A stretch of DNA of 64,000 bases. Source: Anaeromyxobacter sp. GTDB taxonomy: Bacteria > Myxococcota > Myxococcia > Myxococcales > Anaeromyxobacteraceae. The notes under the pieces were generated by a model. That model was not told where the DNA came from, searched no databases, and saw nothing but the letters and a program-made list of their open reading frames with translations. The DNA is taken from positions 352,001-416,000 of the forward strand of contig JASGJN010000022.1 in NCBI GenBank assembly GCA_049840735.1, in the 5' to 3' direction. Shown piece by piece: positions 30,347-40,035 of this stretch (within the stretch, counting starts at the first letter, position 1; every line of letters begins with the position of its first letter). The translations under genes were made by a program, and so were the position numbers.

Positions 30347-33300
30347 ATGCGGACGTTCAGGCCCTTGGTGCAGGTGCTTCTCGCGTTCACGCTGGCGGCG
30401 CTGGTCGCCTGCGGCAGCTCCGGCGGCGGCCAGTCGCCCGGCGGGGACACCACCCCGCCCTCGATGCCCGCGCAGGTGACGGCGGTGGCCAGCGGCACCA
30501 GCATCACGGTGATCTGGGCCGCCTCCACCGACGACACCGGCGTGGACCACTACCAGGTGACCCGCACCGGCGGCACCGAGGGCCTGGTCGCGGCCACCAC
30601 CGGCGGGACGACGCTCATCGTCACCGGGCTCACCGCCGCGACCACCTACAGCTTCACCGTCCGCGCCTACGACGCGGCCGGCAACGCCTCGACCGCCTCC
30701 GCCGCGGCCAGCGCCACCACCGACGGCGGCTCGGGCGGCGACACCACGCCGCCGTCGATCCCGCAGAGCGTCAGCGCGGTGGCCAGCGGCACCAGCATCA
30801 CCCTGATCTGGGCCGCCTCAAGCGACGACACCGGCGTGGACCACTACCAGATCACCCGCACCGGCGGGACGCAGGGCACGGTGGTGGGCACCTCCAACAG
30901 CACCACCTTCACCGCCAGCGGCCTCACCGCCGCCACGCCCTACAGCTTCACCGTGAAGGCCTTCGACGCGGCCGGCAACGGCTCCGACCCGTCCGCCTCC
31001 GCCAGCGCCACCACCGACGCGGATCCCACGCCGGACCCCGATCCGGACCCGGCGCCGGGCACCGCGGTGGTCTGGTACGCGCCGCCCACCAGCTGGGCCA
31101 GCGTCAACATCCACTACGGCATCGCCGGCGTCTGGACCACGCCGCCGGGCGTCGCGATGGAGGCCGGCTGCGCCGGCTGGGTGAAGAAGTCCGTCGACCT
31201 GGGCACGGCCACCACGTTCGCGGTGACCTTCAACAACGGCACCACCTGGGACAACAACAACGGCAACAACTACACGCTGGGCCTGGGCATCACGCGGGTG
31301 AGCGGCGGCGTGGTGACCGCCAACTCCACCAGCCCCTGCACGCCCGACGTCACGGCCCCCAGCACGCCCACCAACGTCCTGGCCACGGTGAGCGGCGGCG
31401 TGAACGTCACGGTGAGCTGGACCGCCTCCACCGACGACCGCGGCGTGACGGCCTATGACCTGGTCCGGACCGGCGGCACGCAGGGCACCTCCGCGCTCAC
31501 CGCGACGTCGTCCACCTACGTGGACCTGAACCTCGACGAGAACACCACCTACGCGTACACGGTGAGGGCCCGCGACGCGGCCGGGAACGTCTCCGGCACC
31601 AGCGCGTCGGCCTCGGGCCACACCACCACCAAGCCCATCATCATCGTGCCGGACGCCTCGGAGCCCATCGGCACCGACCCGCGCGAGGACTCGATCTACT
31701 TCGTGATGACGGCGCGGTTCTATGACGGTGACCCCAGCAACAACCGGGGCGGCAGCCAGCACACCAAGTCCGGCAACGCGGCCAACAACGACCCCATGTA
31801 CCGCGGCGACTTCGCCGGGCTGATCGAGAAGCTCGACTACATCAAGGCGCTGGGCTTCTCGGCCATCTGGATCACGCCGGTGGTGCTCAACCGGTCCGAC
31901 TACGACTTCCACGGCTACCACGGCTGGGACTTCTACCGCGTGGACCCGCGGCTCGAGTCCCCCGGCGCGACCTACCAGGACCTGATCAACGCGGCCCACG
32001 CCAAGGGGATCAAGATCATCCAGGACGTGGTCTACAACCACTCCAGCCGCTGGGGCGCCAAGGGGCTCTGGACCACCAAGGTCTACGGCGTGCGTGACTC
32101 GCAGTGGAGCTGGTACTACGACCAGCCGGTGCCGGGCTTCGAGTACGACGGCCTGACCATCGAAAGCACCACCGGGAAGAGCTGGTACAACGGCGACCTG
32201 TGGTCGACGGCCGAGCCGGCCGGGAACACCTGCGTGAACTGGGGCGTGGTCACGCAGTACTACAGCGCCGAGGGCTACCACATCTACAACTGCCAGTGGC
32301 CCAACCCGACCTCCAAGATGTTCCCGTCGCAGTACTACCACCAGTGCTGGATCGGGAACTGGGAGGGTGAGGACTCGCGCAGCTGCTGGCTGCACGAGGA
32401 CCTGGCCGACTTCAACACCGAGAGCGCGGCGGTGCAGCAGTACCTGATCGGCGCCTACAACAAGTTCGTGGACATGGGCGTGGACGGCTTCCGCGTGGAC
32501 ACCGCGGTGCACATCCCGCGCGTCACCTGGAACCGCCGGCTGCTGCCGCCGCTCTACGCCCACGCGTCCTCGAAGTGGGGCACCAAGGGCCAGAACTTCT
32601 TCGTGTTCGGCGAGGTGGCCGCCTTCGTGAACGACAAGTGGAACCGCGGCTCGGTCAACCACTCCGCCCAGTTCTTCACCTGGAAGGAGCGCAAGGAGTA
32701 CACGCAGGACGACGTCCAGGCCGCGCTCGACCAGTTCAACTACGAGAACACGCTGGGCACGGGCGGCCAGCCCACCAGCACCAACGCCTTCCTGAGCGGG
32801 AACGCGTACCACACGCCGGACCGCAGCCAGTTCTCGGGCATGAACATCATCGACATGCGCATGCACATGAACTTCTCGAGCGCCGGCAACGCGTTCGGGA
32901 ACGGCATGGACTCGGACGACTCGACCAACGACGCCACCTACAACGTCGTCTACGTCGACTCGCACGACTACGGCCCCAACATGGCGAAGAACGCCTTCTC
33001 CGGCGGCACCGCGACGTGGGCGGAGAACATGAGCCTGATGTGGACGTTCCGCGGGATCCCGACGCTCTACATGGGCTCGGAGATCGAGTTCAAGGCGGGC
33101 GCCCAGATCGACTGCGGCCCGACCTGCCCGCTCTCCACCACGCGCCGCGCCTACTACGGCGACAACCTGGCCGGCGCCGTGACGGCCAGCGACTTCGGCG
33201 TGACCGGGAGCGCCACCGGCACCGTCGCCACCACGCTCAGCTACCCGCTGGTGAAGCACGTGCAGCGGCTCAACCAGATCCGCCGCCGCATCCCGGCGCT

Positions 33301-33607
33301 GCAGAAGGGCCAGTACTCCACCTCCGGCGTCAGCGGCAGCATCGCCTTCAAGCGCCGCTTCACCGACACGGCCAAGGGCGTGGACAGCTTCGTGCTGGTG
33401 ACCATCTCCGGCGGCGCCACGTTCAGCGGCATCCCCAACGGCACCTACAAGGACGCCGTCACCGGCGACGTGAAGGTGGTCTCCGGGGGCTCGCTGACCG
33501 CCAGCTGCAGCGGCCAGGGCAACCTGCGCGTCTACGTGCTCGACCTGGGCGGCGCCAACGCCGCGCCCGGGAAGATCGGCGCGGACGGGCCGTACCTGAA
33601 GCCGTGA
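30347..33607 (+). CDS. Lipoprotein alpha-amylase: 3x FN3 + CBM25-like + GH13 domain
   Basis: Lipobox LVAC; FN3 repeats; FNNGTTWDNNNGNNY; IYFVMTARFYDGD, DVVYNH, DGFRVDTAVH, FGEV, YVDSHD. Confidence 0.9.
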   Translation: MRTFRPLVQVLLAFTLAALVACGSSGGGQSPGGDTTPPSMPAQVTAVASGTSITVIWAASTDDTGVDHYQVTRTGGTEGLVAATTGGTTLIVTGLTAATTYSFTVRAYDAAGNASTASAAASATTDGGSGGDTTPPSIPQSVSAVASGTSITLIWAASSDDTGVDHYQITRTGGTQGTVVGTSNSTTFTASGLTAATPYSFTVKAFDAAGNGSDPSASASATTDADPTPDPDPDPAPGTAVVWYAPPTSWASVNIHYGIAGVWTTPPGVAMEAGCAGWVKKSVDLGTATTFAVTFNNGTTWDNNNGNNYTLGLGITRVSGGVVTANSTSPCTPDVTAPSTPTNVLATVSGGVNVTVSWTASTDDRGVTAYDLVRTGGTQGTSALTATSSTYVDLNLDENTTYAYTVRARDAAGNVSGTSASASGHTTTKPIIIVPDASEPIGTDPREDSIYFVMTARFYDGDPSNNRGGSQHTKSGNAANNDPMYRGDFAGLIEKLDYIKALGFSAIWITPVVLNRSDYDFHGYHGWDFYRVDPRLESPGATYQDLINAAHAKGIKIIQDVVYNHSSRWGAKGLWTTKVYGVRDSQWSWYYDQPVPGFEYDGLTIESTTGKSWYNGDLWSTAEPAGNTCVNWGVVTQYYSAEGYHIYNCQWPNPTSKMFPSQYYHQCWIGNWEGEDSRSCWLHEDLADFNTESAAVQQYLIGAYNKFVDMGVDGFRVDTAVHIPRVTWNRRLLPPLYAHASSKWGTKGQNFFVFGEVAAFVNDKWNRGSVNHSAQFFTWKERKEYTQDDVQAALDQFNYENTLGTGGQPTSTNAFLSGNAYHTPDRSQFSGMNIIDMRMHMNFSSAGNAFGNGMDSDDSTNDATYNVVYVDSHDYGPNMAKNAFSGGTATWAENMSLMWTFRGIPTLYMGSEIEFKAGAQIDCGPTCPLSTTRRAYYGDNLAGAVTASDFGVTGSATGTVATTLSYPLVKHVQRLNQIRRRIPALQKGQYSTSGVSGSIAFKRRFTDTAKGVDSFVLVTISGGATFSGIPNGTYKDAVTGDVKVVSGGSLTASCSGQGNLRVYVLDLGGANAAPGKIGADGPYLKP

Positions 33608-33617
33608 CGTGAGTGAC

Positions 33618-33649
33618 GGCCCGGGGCGGGCGCAGGCTCGCCCCGGGCC
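33618..33649 (+). terminator. Hairpin downstream of the second amylase
   Basis: GGCCCGGGGCGGGC-GCAG-GCTCGCCCCGGGCC. Confidence 0.45.
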
Positions 33650-33992
33650 AGCAGGAAAGGTTCCGGTCCGGCGCTCAGGGTCACTCTCCCCAGCCACCCC
33701 TGGGCGCCGGGCCGGGGCCCCCTGTCACCGTCCCCGCGGTGATGGGGTGGGGCGCCCCGCGCCCGGCCGTGTCATGCTGCGCTCCCCCCCGGAGCCTGCA
33801 TGACCCCGCTCGCTGCCCTCTCGCTGTAGCTCGCCGCCGTGCCGGTCGCCGTCTCGACCGCCGCGCCGGCCAGCGCAGGAGGGGCCGCGGGAGGTCGCCG
33901 TGAGGCGCGGTCGGGTGCGGGCGCTGCTCCGGATGCGCAGGGCGCGGGCCCCGGGGGTCCGGCGGAAAGTGTAATGTAGAAGGACGCGACCC

Positions 33993-34754
33993 CTACCCGA
34001 TCGGCATGATCACCCACGTCGCCTCGGGGGGCAGGCCGGGCCAGCCACCGGGGGTCCAGCGGCAGGACTGGATGGCGCGCCAGACCTCGGCGGCGACCGA
34101 GGCGGGCACGCGCGGGGTGAGCATGGTGAAGCGGGACGGGGTGCCGTCCGCGCCCACCGCGAAGCGGACGCTGATCAGCGGGGAGCGCTCGGCGGGGAGG
34201 CGCTGCTGCTCGGCGGCCAGGGCCTGCTGCACGCAGCCGGGCGTGGTGGCGGGGCGGGTGTAGCCGGCGGCGGGGTAGCGCGGCTCGCCGGCGGCCGGGC
34301 TGAGGGTTCGGTCGCAGCTGCCGGCCACGAACCAGCCCAGGTCGAGGCAGGCCTCCAGCACCTGCGGCGACGCCTCGTCGCGCTCGTCCGAGCAGAGGCC
34401 GGCCGCCAGGGCCGCGCGGGCCTGGCACTGCGGGTGCTTCGACCAGTCGAGCCGCGCGGCGGCGGTGGCGCCGGGCGAGCTGCGCTCCACCAGGCCGCCG
34501 TCGGTCACCTCGAAGCAGTCCTGGAACCAGCTCACGCCCACGCGCGAGCAGACGCCCTGGCCGGCCGGGCCGGCGCCGGCGTCGCGGAAGGCGGCGCGGC
34601 AGGCCTCCACCAGCTGCTCCTGCTGCAGCGCGCAGCGCGCCCGGTCCTGCCGCTGCTGCTCCAGCGTCCGCGGCTCACCGCCCGCGCCCTGCGCCGCCGC
34701 CGCGCCGGCCAGCGCCGCCGCGGCCACGAGCCCCGCCACCCGCATCGCGCTCAT
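33993..34754 (-). CDS. Exported Cys-rich protein with C-terminal TonB-C-like domain
   Basis: Signal peptide; VRFAVGADGTPSRF...VWRAIQSCRWTPG...WVIMPI resembles TonB C-terminal domains. Confidence 0.55.
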   Translation of the reverse strand: MSAMRVAGLVAAAALAGAAAAQGAGGEPRTLEQQRQDRARCALQQEQLVEACRAAFRDAGAGPAGQGVCSRVGVSWFQDCFEVTDGGLVERSSPGATAAARLDWSKHPQCQARAALAAGLCSDERDEASPQVLEACLDLGWFVAGSCDRTLSPAAGEPRYPAAGYTRPATTPGCVQQALAAEQQRLPAERSPLISVRFAVGADGTPSRFTMLTPRVPASVAAEVWRAIQSCRWTPGGWPGLPPEATWVIMPIG

Positions 34755-34776
34755 GGCACGCGAGCCTAGCACGCCT

Positions 34777-36351
34777 TCAGCGCGTGACCGCGCCGCCGGC
34801 CAGCGCCGCCTCGACGGTGTCGGGGTCGGCCGGCAGGCCGGCGGTGAGGGGCTCGCAGCCGGTCGCGGTCACCAGCAGCGTGTCCTCGATCCGGATCCCC
34901 AGCTGCTCGCCGTCGTAGAAGCCGGGCTCGATGGTGATGACCATGCCCGGCTCGAGCGGGCCGTCGGGCAGCGGGTCGTGCACCGAGAGCCCCACGCCGT
35001 GGCCGAGCCCGTGGACCAGCGCCTGCCCGGTGCGGCGCAGCAGCTCGGCGCTGGCCTCGGCGTACAGCGAGTCCCCCTGCCGCCCGCCCAGCCGCACGCC
35101 GGGCCTGCAGCCGGCGATCGCCAGCTGCTGCGCGTCCAGCACGGCCTGGTAGAGCCGGCGCTGCTCGGCGGTGAAGCGGCCGCCCACCGGGAAGGTGCGG
35201 GTGAAGTCGGAGGTGTAGCCGTCCGGCGTGCGGCAGCCGACGTCGAGCACCAGCAGCTCGCCGTCGCCGAGCGGCCCCGGCTGGCCCAGCCCGTGGGGCG
35301 AGGCGGCGGCGCGGCCGGAGAGCACCAGCGGATTGAAGGCCAGCCCGGGGCAGCCCTCGGCGCGCCAGGCGCCCTCCAGCGCGGCGCTCACCTGCGTGGG
35401 CGTGGCGCCGGCCCGGAGCAGCGGGAGCACGGCCCGCACGCCGCCCACGGTGGCGCGCGCGGCCAGCCGCAGCGAGGCCAGCTCGGCCGGCGACTTGATG
35501 GCCCGCAGCCGGGTGAGGGGCGCGTGCAGCGAGAGGCGCAGCCCGCTGCCGTCGCCCGGCAGCACCTGCGGCCAGAGCGAGGTGCGGCCCGTCAGCCAGC
35601 GCGCCTCGTACCCGCCGGCCCCGGCGCCGCGGTCGCCGGAGAGGCCCAGCAGCACGTCCTCCGGCGCGGGCCAGACGAGGCCGCCCCCGGGCGCGGCGGC
35701 GGCCAGCTGCGCGCGGCGGCCGGCCCACGGCTCCTCCGCCGGGGCCGGCAGCGCCGGCAGCAGGCGCGGCAGCGCGACCACCAGCCCGGCCGCGGCCAGG
35801 CCGGCCGCGGCGCCCAGCCCCAGCGCGGCGCGCGCCCGGAGCGGCTCGAGCCCCACCGGCCGCCACAGGCGCAGCGACACGAAGAGCAGCAGCCCGGCCG
35901 CGCCCAGCCGCAGGAGCCAGCCGTCCAGCGCCGGCACCCCGGCCCCGAGCAGCAGCGCCCCCACGCAGGCGCCCAGCGCGTGCCAGCCGATGCGGGCCGG
36001 GCGGGCCAGCACCACCGCCGCGATCAGCGCCAGCAGCGCGGCGCCGGCGGCCAGCCAGCGGTGCTCGAGCGGGCTCACGCCCAGCAGCGCGAAGAGCGCC
36101 GGCCACAGGCCCAGGAAGAGCGCCAGCCGCGGCAGCGCGCCCACCAGCAGCGCGGCGAGCCCCACCGCCAGGCCGGCCTGCGCCGCGGCGTGCCAGACCA
36201 GCGCCCCGGCCACCCCGGCCCGGAGCGCGGCCACCAGGAGCGCCAGCAGCGCCGAGGCCAGGAGCAGCGCGGCGCGGCCGCCGCGCGGCAGGAGCACGCC
36301 CACGGCCAGGCCGGAGAGGGCCAGCGCAGGGCTGAGGTCGTCCAGGATCAT
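34777..36351 (-). CDS. Xaa-Pro peptidase (M24) with N-terminal multi-pass membrane region
   Basis: RLRAIKSPAEL, LVLDVG...YTSDFTRTF, HGLGHGVGLSVHD, TIEPGFY, IRIEDTLLVT; about 190 hydrophobic N-terminal residues. Confidence 0.85.
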   Translation of the reverse strand: MILDDLSPALALSGLAVGVLLPRGGRAALLLASALLALLVAALRAGVAGALVWHAAAQAGLAVGLAALLVGALPRLALFLGLWPALFALLGVSPLEHRWLAAGAALLALIAAVVLARPARIGWHALGACVGALLLGAGVPALDGWLLRLGAAGLLLFVSLRLWRPVGLEPLRARAALGLGAAAGLAAAGLVVALPRLLPALPAPAEEPWAGRRAQLAAAAPGGGLVWPAPEDVLLGLSGDRGAGAGGYEARWLTGRTSLWPQVLPGDGSGLRLSLHAPLTRLRAIKSPAELASLRLAARATVGGVRAVLPLLRAGATPTQVSAALEGAWRAEGCPGLAFNPLVLSGRAAASPHGLGQPGPLGDGELLVLDVGCRTPDGYTSDFTRTFPVGGRFTAEQRRLYQAVLDAQQLAIAGCRPGVRLGGRQGDSLYAEASAELLRRTGQALVHGLGHGVGLSVHDPLPDGPLEPGMVITIEPGFYDGEQLGIRIEDTLLVTATGCEPLTAGLPADPDTVEAALAGGAVTR

Positions 36352-36392
36352 CGCGCGCCTTGGGCCGGCCGCGGGCCGGCGGTGCTCGGGGG

Positions 36393-36476
36393 ACTGACGC
36401 TCGCCCTGGGCTCGTCGAAGGGCGAACGGGTCCCGTTCGTGGTTCGACAGGCTCACCACGAACGGTTGGGACCGCA
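36393..36476. repeat. REP-like palindromic repeat
   Basis: CGCTCGCCCTGGGCTCGTCGAAGGGCGAACGG and CCGTTCGTGGTTCGACAGGCTCACCACGAACGG; same family as 19484 and 23118. Confidence 0.7.
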
Positions 36477-36540
36477 GTCTCGCGCCCCGCGACCAGGCCG
36501 GCAAGCAATCCGCGCCCGCGCCGCCGCCGGTGTCCCCGTT

Positions 36541-38583
36541 CTACCCGCCGTCCGGCCCGGTCCGCTTCCAGATGGTGCCGCACCACAGGCACACCCAGCG
36601 CCGCTCCTCGCTGGCGCCCCGCGCGGTGATGTGGGCCTCGAAGCGCGAGCCGTCGGTGCGCCCGCAGGCGGGGCAGCGCTGGTCGGCGGGGGCAGCCGGC
36701 CCCGGGTCGCGGGGGGGCCGGCCGCGCCGCGGCGGGTCCTGGGCCAGCCAGATGGTGCCGCCCTGGGGCAGCTCGGGCAGCGGCAGCATCCCGCCGCGCA
36801 CCACCGCGGTGCGCCCGGAGAAGTGCTCGGTGAAGCGCGTGCCGTTGGCGATCCCGCCCGCCTCCACCGGCAGCGCGCGGGCCGGCCGCGGGCGCTCGCC
36901 GCGGTGGCCCACCACCACCGCGCGCCCGGCGCGCCCCTCGCGCTGGTAGATGAGCGTGTCCGGCTCCACCGCCAGCGTCTGGTAGCCGCCCTCGCGCAGC
37001 GGCTCGCAGCCGCGCCGCAGCGCGATCAGGCTCCGGTAGAAGGCCAGCAGCCGCTGGTCCCAGCGCGTCCGGTCCCAGACCATGCAGCCGCGCTGCTCCA
37101 GCGCCGGGTCGTCCTCCAGCCCGACCTCGTCGCCGTAGTAGACGACCGGGACGCCCGGGTAGGTGAACTGGATCACCGCCGCCAGCCGGTGCAGCGCGTC
37201 GTTGCCGCCCACCACCGTGCGGATGCGCTGGAAGTCGTTGCCGTCCACCATGCGCAGGCCGTGCAGCACGCTGGGCCAGGGCACCACCGCCCGCGCCGCC
37301 TGCCAGGCCGCGTCGAGCGCCTCGGTGGACATGGGGCCGCCGGTGACGTCGTGCACGTCGCGCTGGTGCTCCTCGTAGCCGCGCAGCCAGTGCCAGAGCG
37401 GGAAGGCGAAGGCGCCGTGCTCGGCGGCGGCGTCGAGCTGGTCGCCCTGCAGCACCGCGGAGATGTCCACCAGGCTGCGGCTGGTGAGGCAGGCGTCCGG
37501 CCGCGCCTCGCGCACCGCCTGCCGCGCCAGCCGGAGCAGCTCGCCGGCGCTGCCGGGCCGGTCGGGCTCGGAGAAGTGGAAGGTCCAGCCGTCGGCGCCC
37601 CAGGGCGGCCGCAGCCAGCGGCGCAGCACGGCGTCCTCGCCGGTGATCATGCGCCGGAGCAGCTCGGGATGGCGGTGGTCCAGCCGGCGCTGGGCGGCCA
37701 GCCCCAGCCAGCGCGCGTGGTCACCCTGGGCCACCGGCAGGAAGAAGCCGGCCTCCTCCGAGGCGGGGTCGGCCAGCGCGGTCCGGAACCAGGGGTGGGC
37801 GGCGCTCACCTGGTGGAAGTCCAGCTCCAGCAGGTAGCGCAGGCCGCGCGCGGTGAGCGCCTCGCGCAGGCGGGCCAGCGCGGAGTTGCCGCCCAGCCGC
37901 GGATCGACGTGCTGGTGGTCGGCGGTGTCGTAGCGGTGGCTGGAGGGCGAGGTGAAGATGGGCGTCAGCGCCAGCACGTCCACGCCCAGGTCGGCCAGGT
38001 GGTCGAGCCGCTGCGCCAGGCCGTCGAGGTCGCCGCCGTAGAAGGCCAGCGGGAAGGGCTGCCCGGGGGCGGGCGGCTCGCCCCATGCGAACAGCCGGGC
38101 CTCGCCGCCGTGCGGGTTCTCGCCGGGCGGGCCGGCGGCCTCGCGGTGGTCGCCGCTGGTGGCGAAGCGGTCCACCACCACCTGGTAGACCACCGCGGCG
38201 GAGAGCCACGCCGGCGGCGCGTCCTCCGCCACCAGCCGGAAGTTGGAGTGGTCGGGCGGGCTGTAGGGGAGGGCGCCGGCGGCGGAGTAGGACCAGACGC
38301 CGTCGTCGCTCTCCACCACGAACCGGTAGGGCATGAGCGCGCTGCGCACCGGCAGCGAGGCCTCGAACCAGCGCGAGGGCGGCTTGGCCGGCCCGGTGGC
38401 CATGGGCGTGAACACCTGCCACCCGTCCACCACCGTCCGCACGAACACCCGCCGCACCGGCGCGCCCGCGCCCATGCGCAGCCGCAGCGTGACGGTGTCG
38501 CCCAGCCGCGGCTGGGCGCTGGAGACGTACCTGGGCGAGCCGTCGTGGTGGATGGTGCCCAGCCAGGCGGGGGCCGTCCGCAT
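36541..38583 (-). CDS. MalZ-like (maltodextrin glucosidase) GH13 protein with degenerate catalytic motifs and C-terminal Zn-ribbon
   Basis: HHDGS, VYQVVVDRF, FYGGDLDG, LTPIF.SPSSHRYDT, YPGVPVVYYGDEVG are intact; the catalytic regions read DGWTFHFSE and LTSRSLV; C-terminal CPAC...CLWC. Confidence 0.8.
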   Translation of the reverse strand: MRTAPAWLGTIHHDGSPRYVSSAQPRLGDTVTLRLRMGAGAPVRRVFVRTVVDGWQVFTPMATGPAKPPSRWFEASLPVRSALMPYRFVVESDDGVWSYSAAGALPYSPPDHSNFRLVAEDAPPAWLSAAVVYQVVVDRFATSGDHREAAGPPGENPHGGEARLFAWGEPPAPGQPFPLAFYGGDLDGLAQRLDHLADLGVDVLALTPIFTSPSSHRYDTADHQHVDPRLGGNSALARLREALTARGLRYLLELDFHQVSAAHPWFRTALADPASEEAGFFLPVAQGDHARWLGLAAQRRLDHRHPELLRRMITGEDAVLRRWLRPPWGADGWTFHFSEPDRPGSAGELLRLARQAVREARPDACLTSRSLVDISAVLQGDQLDAAAEHGAFAFPLWHWLRGYEEHQRDVHDVTGGPMSTEALDAAWQAARAVVPWPSVLHGLRMVDGNDFQRIRTVVGGNDALHRLAAVIQFTYPGVPVVYYGDEVGLEDDPALEQRGCMVWDRTRWDQRLLAFYRSLIALRRGCEPLREGGYQTLAVEPDTLIYQREGRAGRAVVVGHRGERPRPARALPVEAGGIANGTRFTEHFSGRTAVVRGGMLPLPELPQGGTIWLAQDPPRRGRPPRDPGPAAPADQRCPACGRTDGSRFEAHITARGASEERRWVCLWCGTIWKRTGPDGG

Positions 38584-38586
38584 GCC

Positions 38587-39168
38587 TCAGCTCCGCCGCG
38601 CCAGCAGCTCGGAGAGCGCCTTGATGGGCCCGACGTCGGCGCGCGCCGAGTCCACCAGCACCTTGAGCACGCCCACGGCGGCACGGCACAGGTCGGCCAG
38701 CACCTCCAGGCGCCGCGCCTTGAAGCGGGCCAGCGCCTTCACCTCGGGATCGACGTCGGCCAGGGCGGCGCGGATCTGCTGCAGCGCGCCCTCGAAGGCC
38801 TCCAGGGCGCGCTCCACCGCCGCCTTCTCGCGCTCGCGCAGCACCCGCGTGACGAGCCGCCAGACGTTGGTCTCGGCCTCGTAGTGCTCCTTGCGATCGC
38901 CGGGGATGGTGACGCTGCGGACCACGCCCCAGTGGCGCAGCTCGGCCAGGCTCATGGAGAGCAGGCCGGTGGAGATGGCGAGGCGGTCGCACAGCTCCGG
39001 CGCGGCCAGCGGCCGGTCGGAGAGGAACAGCACCCCCCAGATCCGCCCCAGCTGCCGGCGGAAGCCCCACAGCTCCATCAGCGCCCCGACGGCCTCGGCC
39101 ACGGCCAGGTCGGCCTGCTGCAGGGCGTGGGAGCTGGGGCCGGGGCTGGCGGGCGTGACCTCGGGCAT
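38587..39168 (-). CDS. GbsR/MarR-family transcriptional regulator
   Basis: LMELWGF.R.LGRIWGVLFLS..PL...ELCDRLAISTG.LSMSL.EL..WGVV...PGDRKEHYEAE matches the GbsR-type wHTH pattern. Confidence 0.85.
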   Translation of the reverse strand: MPEVTPASPGPSSHALQQADLAVAEAVGALMELWGFRRQLGRIWGVLFLSDRPLAAPELCDRLAISTGLLSMSLAELRHWGVVRSVTIPGDRKEHYEAETNVWRLVTRVLREREKAAVERALEAFEGALQQIRAALADVDPEVKALARFKARRLEVLADLCRAAVGVLKVLVDSARADVGPIKALSELLARRS

Positions 39169-39174
39169 GGGTCC

Positions 39175-40035
39175 TCAGGCCAGGGCCAGGTCCACCAGGG
39201 CGCAGGCCGCGAACGCCACCGAGGCGAAGGCGTTGTAGTTGAAGAAGGCGACGTTGATCCGCTCGGGCCGCAGCCCGCCGCGCGGGGCCACGTAGGCGTG
39301 CTCGGCGGCGATCACCGCCGCCAGGATGGCGGTCCCCACCGCCCAGCCCGGCCCGCGCCCGGCCAGCGCGCCGGCGGCGGCGATGGCGCCCACCGCCAGC
39401 ACGTGCAGCCCGCGCGCCCACCAGAGCGCGCCGGCCACGCCGAAGCGGGCCGGGATGGAGCTCAGCCCCTCGCCGCGGTCGAACTCGGCGTCCTGCAGGG
39501 CGTAGAAGACGTCGAAGCCGGCGATCCAGGCGCCCACGCCCAGCCCCAGCACCACCGAGGCCAGCGGCGCGCCGCCGGTCAGCGCGATGGCCACGCCCAC
39601 CGGCGCCAGCGCCTGCGCCACGCCCAGCCACAGGTGGCAGGCCCAGGTGAACCGCTTGGCGAAGGAGTAGCCGAGCAGGATGGCCAGCACCGGCGGCGCC
39701 AGCACGCCGCAGATCCAGGAGAGGCCGAACGCGGCGGCGGTGAAGACCGCGCCGCTCCCCAGCAGGAGCGCCCAGGCGGCGGCGGGCGAGACCTCGCCGG
39801 TCACCAGCTCGCGCCTCATGGTGCGCGGGTTCTTCGCGTCGAAGCGGCGGTCGGCGATGCGGTTCATGGCCATGGCGGCGGTGCGGGCCGCCACCACCGC
39901 CAGCGCCACCAGCGCCAGCCGCACCGGGTCGAGCCGGGCCGACCGCGCCACCAGCGCCACCGCCGCCGCCACGAAGGGCAGCGCGAACAGCGAGTGGGAG
40001 AGCTTCACCATCCGCGCCAGGGCCGCCACCGTCAC
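39175..40035 (-). CDS. UbiA-family prenyltransferase (MqnP-like, futalosine pathway)
   Basis: VKLSHSLFALPF, ARTAAMAMNRIADRRFDAKNPRT, YSFAKRFT, WIAGFDVFYALQD.EFD. Confidence 0.9.
   Translation of the reverse strand: MTVAALARMVKLSHSLFALPFVAAAVALVARSARLDPVRLALVALAVVAARTAAMAMNRIADRRFDAKNPRTMRRELVTGEVSPAAAWALLLGSGAVFTAAAFGLSWICGVLAPPVLAILLGYSFAKRFTWACHLWLGVAQALAPVGVAIALTGGAPLASVVLGLGVGAWIAGFDVFYALQDAEFDRGEGLSSIPARFGVAGALWWARGLHVLAVGAIAAAGALAGRGPGWAVGTAILAAVIAAEHAYVAPRGGLRPERINVAFFNYNAFASVAFAACALVDLALA

Noticed and set aside
33795..33990. Possible small secreted-protein gene starting ATGACCCCG
   Set aside because: An in-frame TAG occurs after nine codons and nothing downstream is recognisable.
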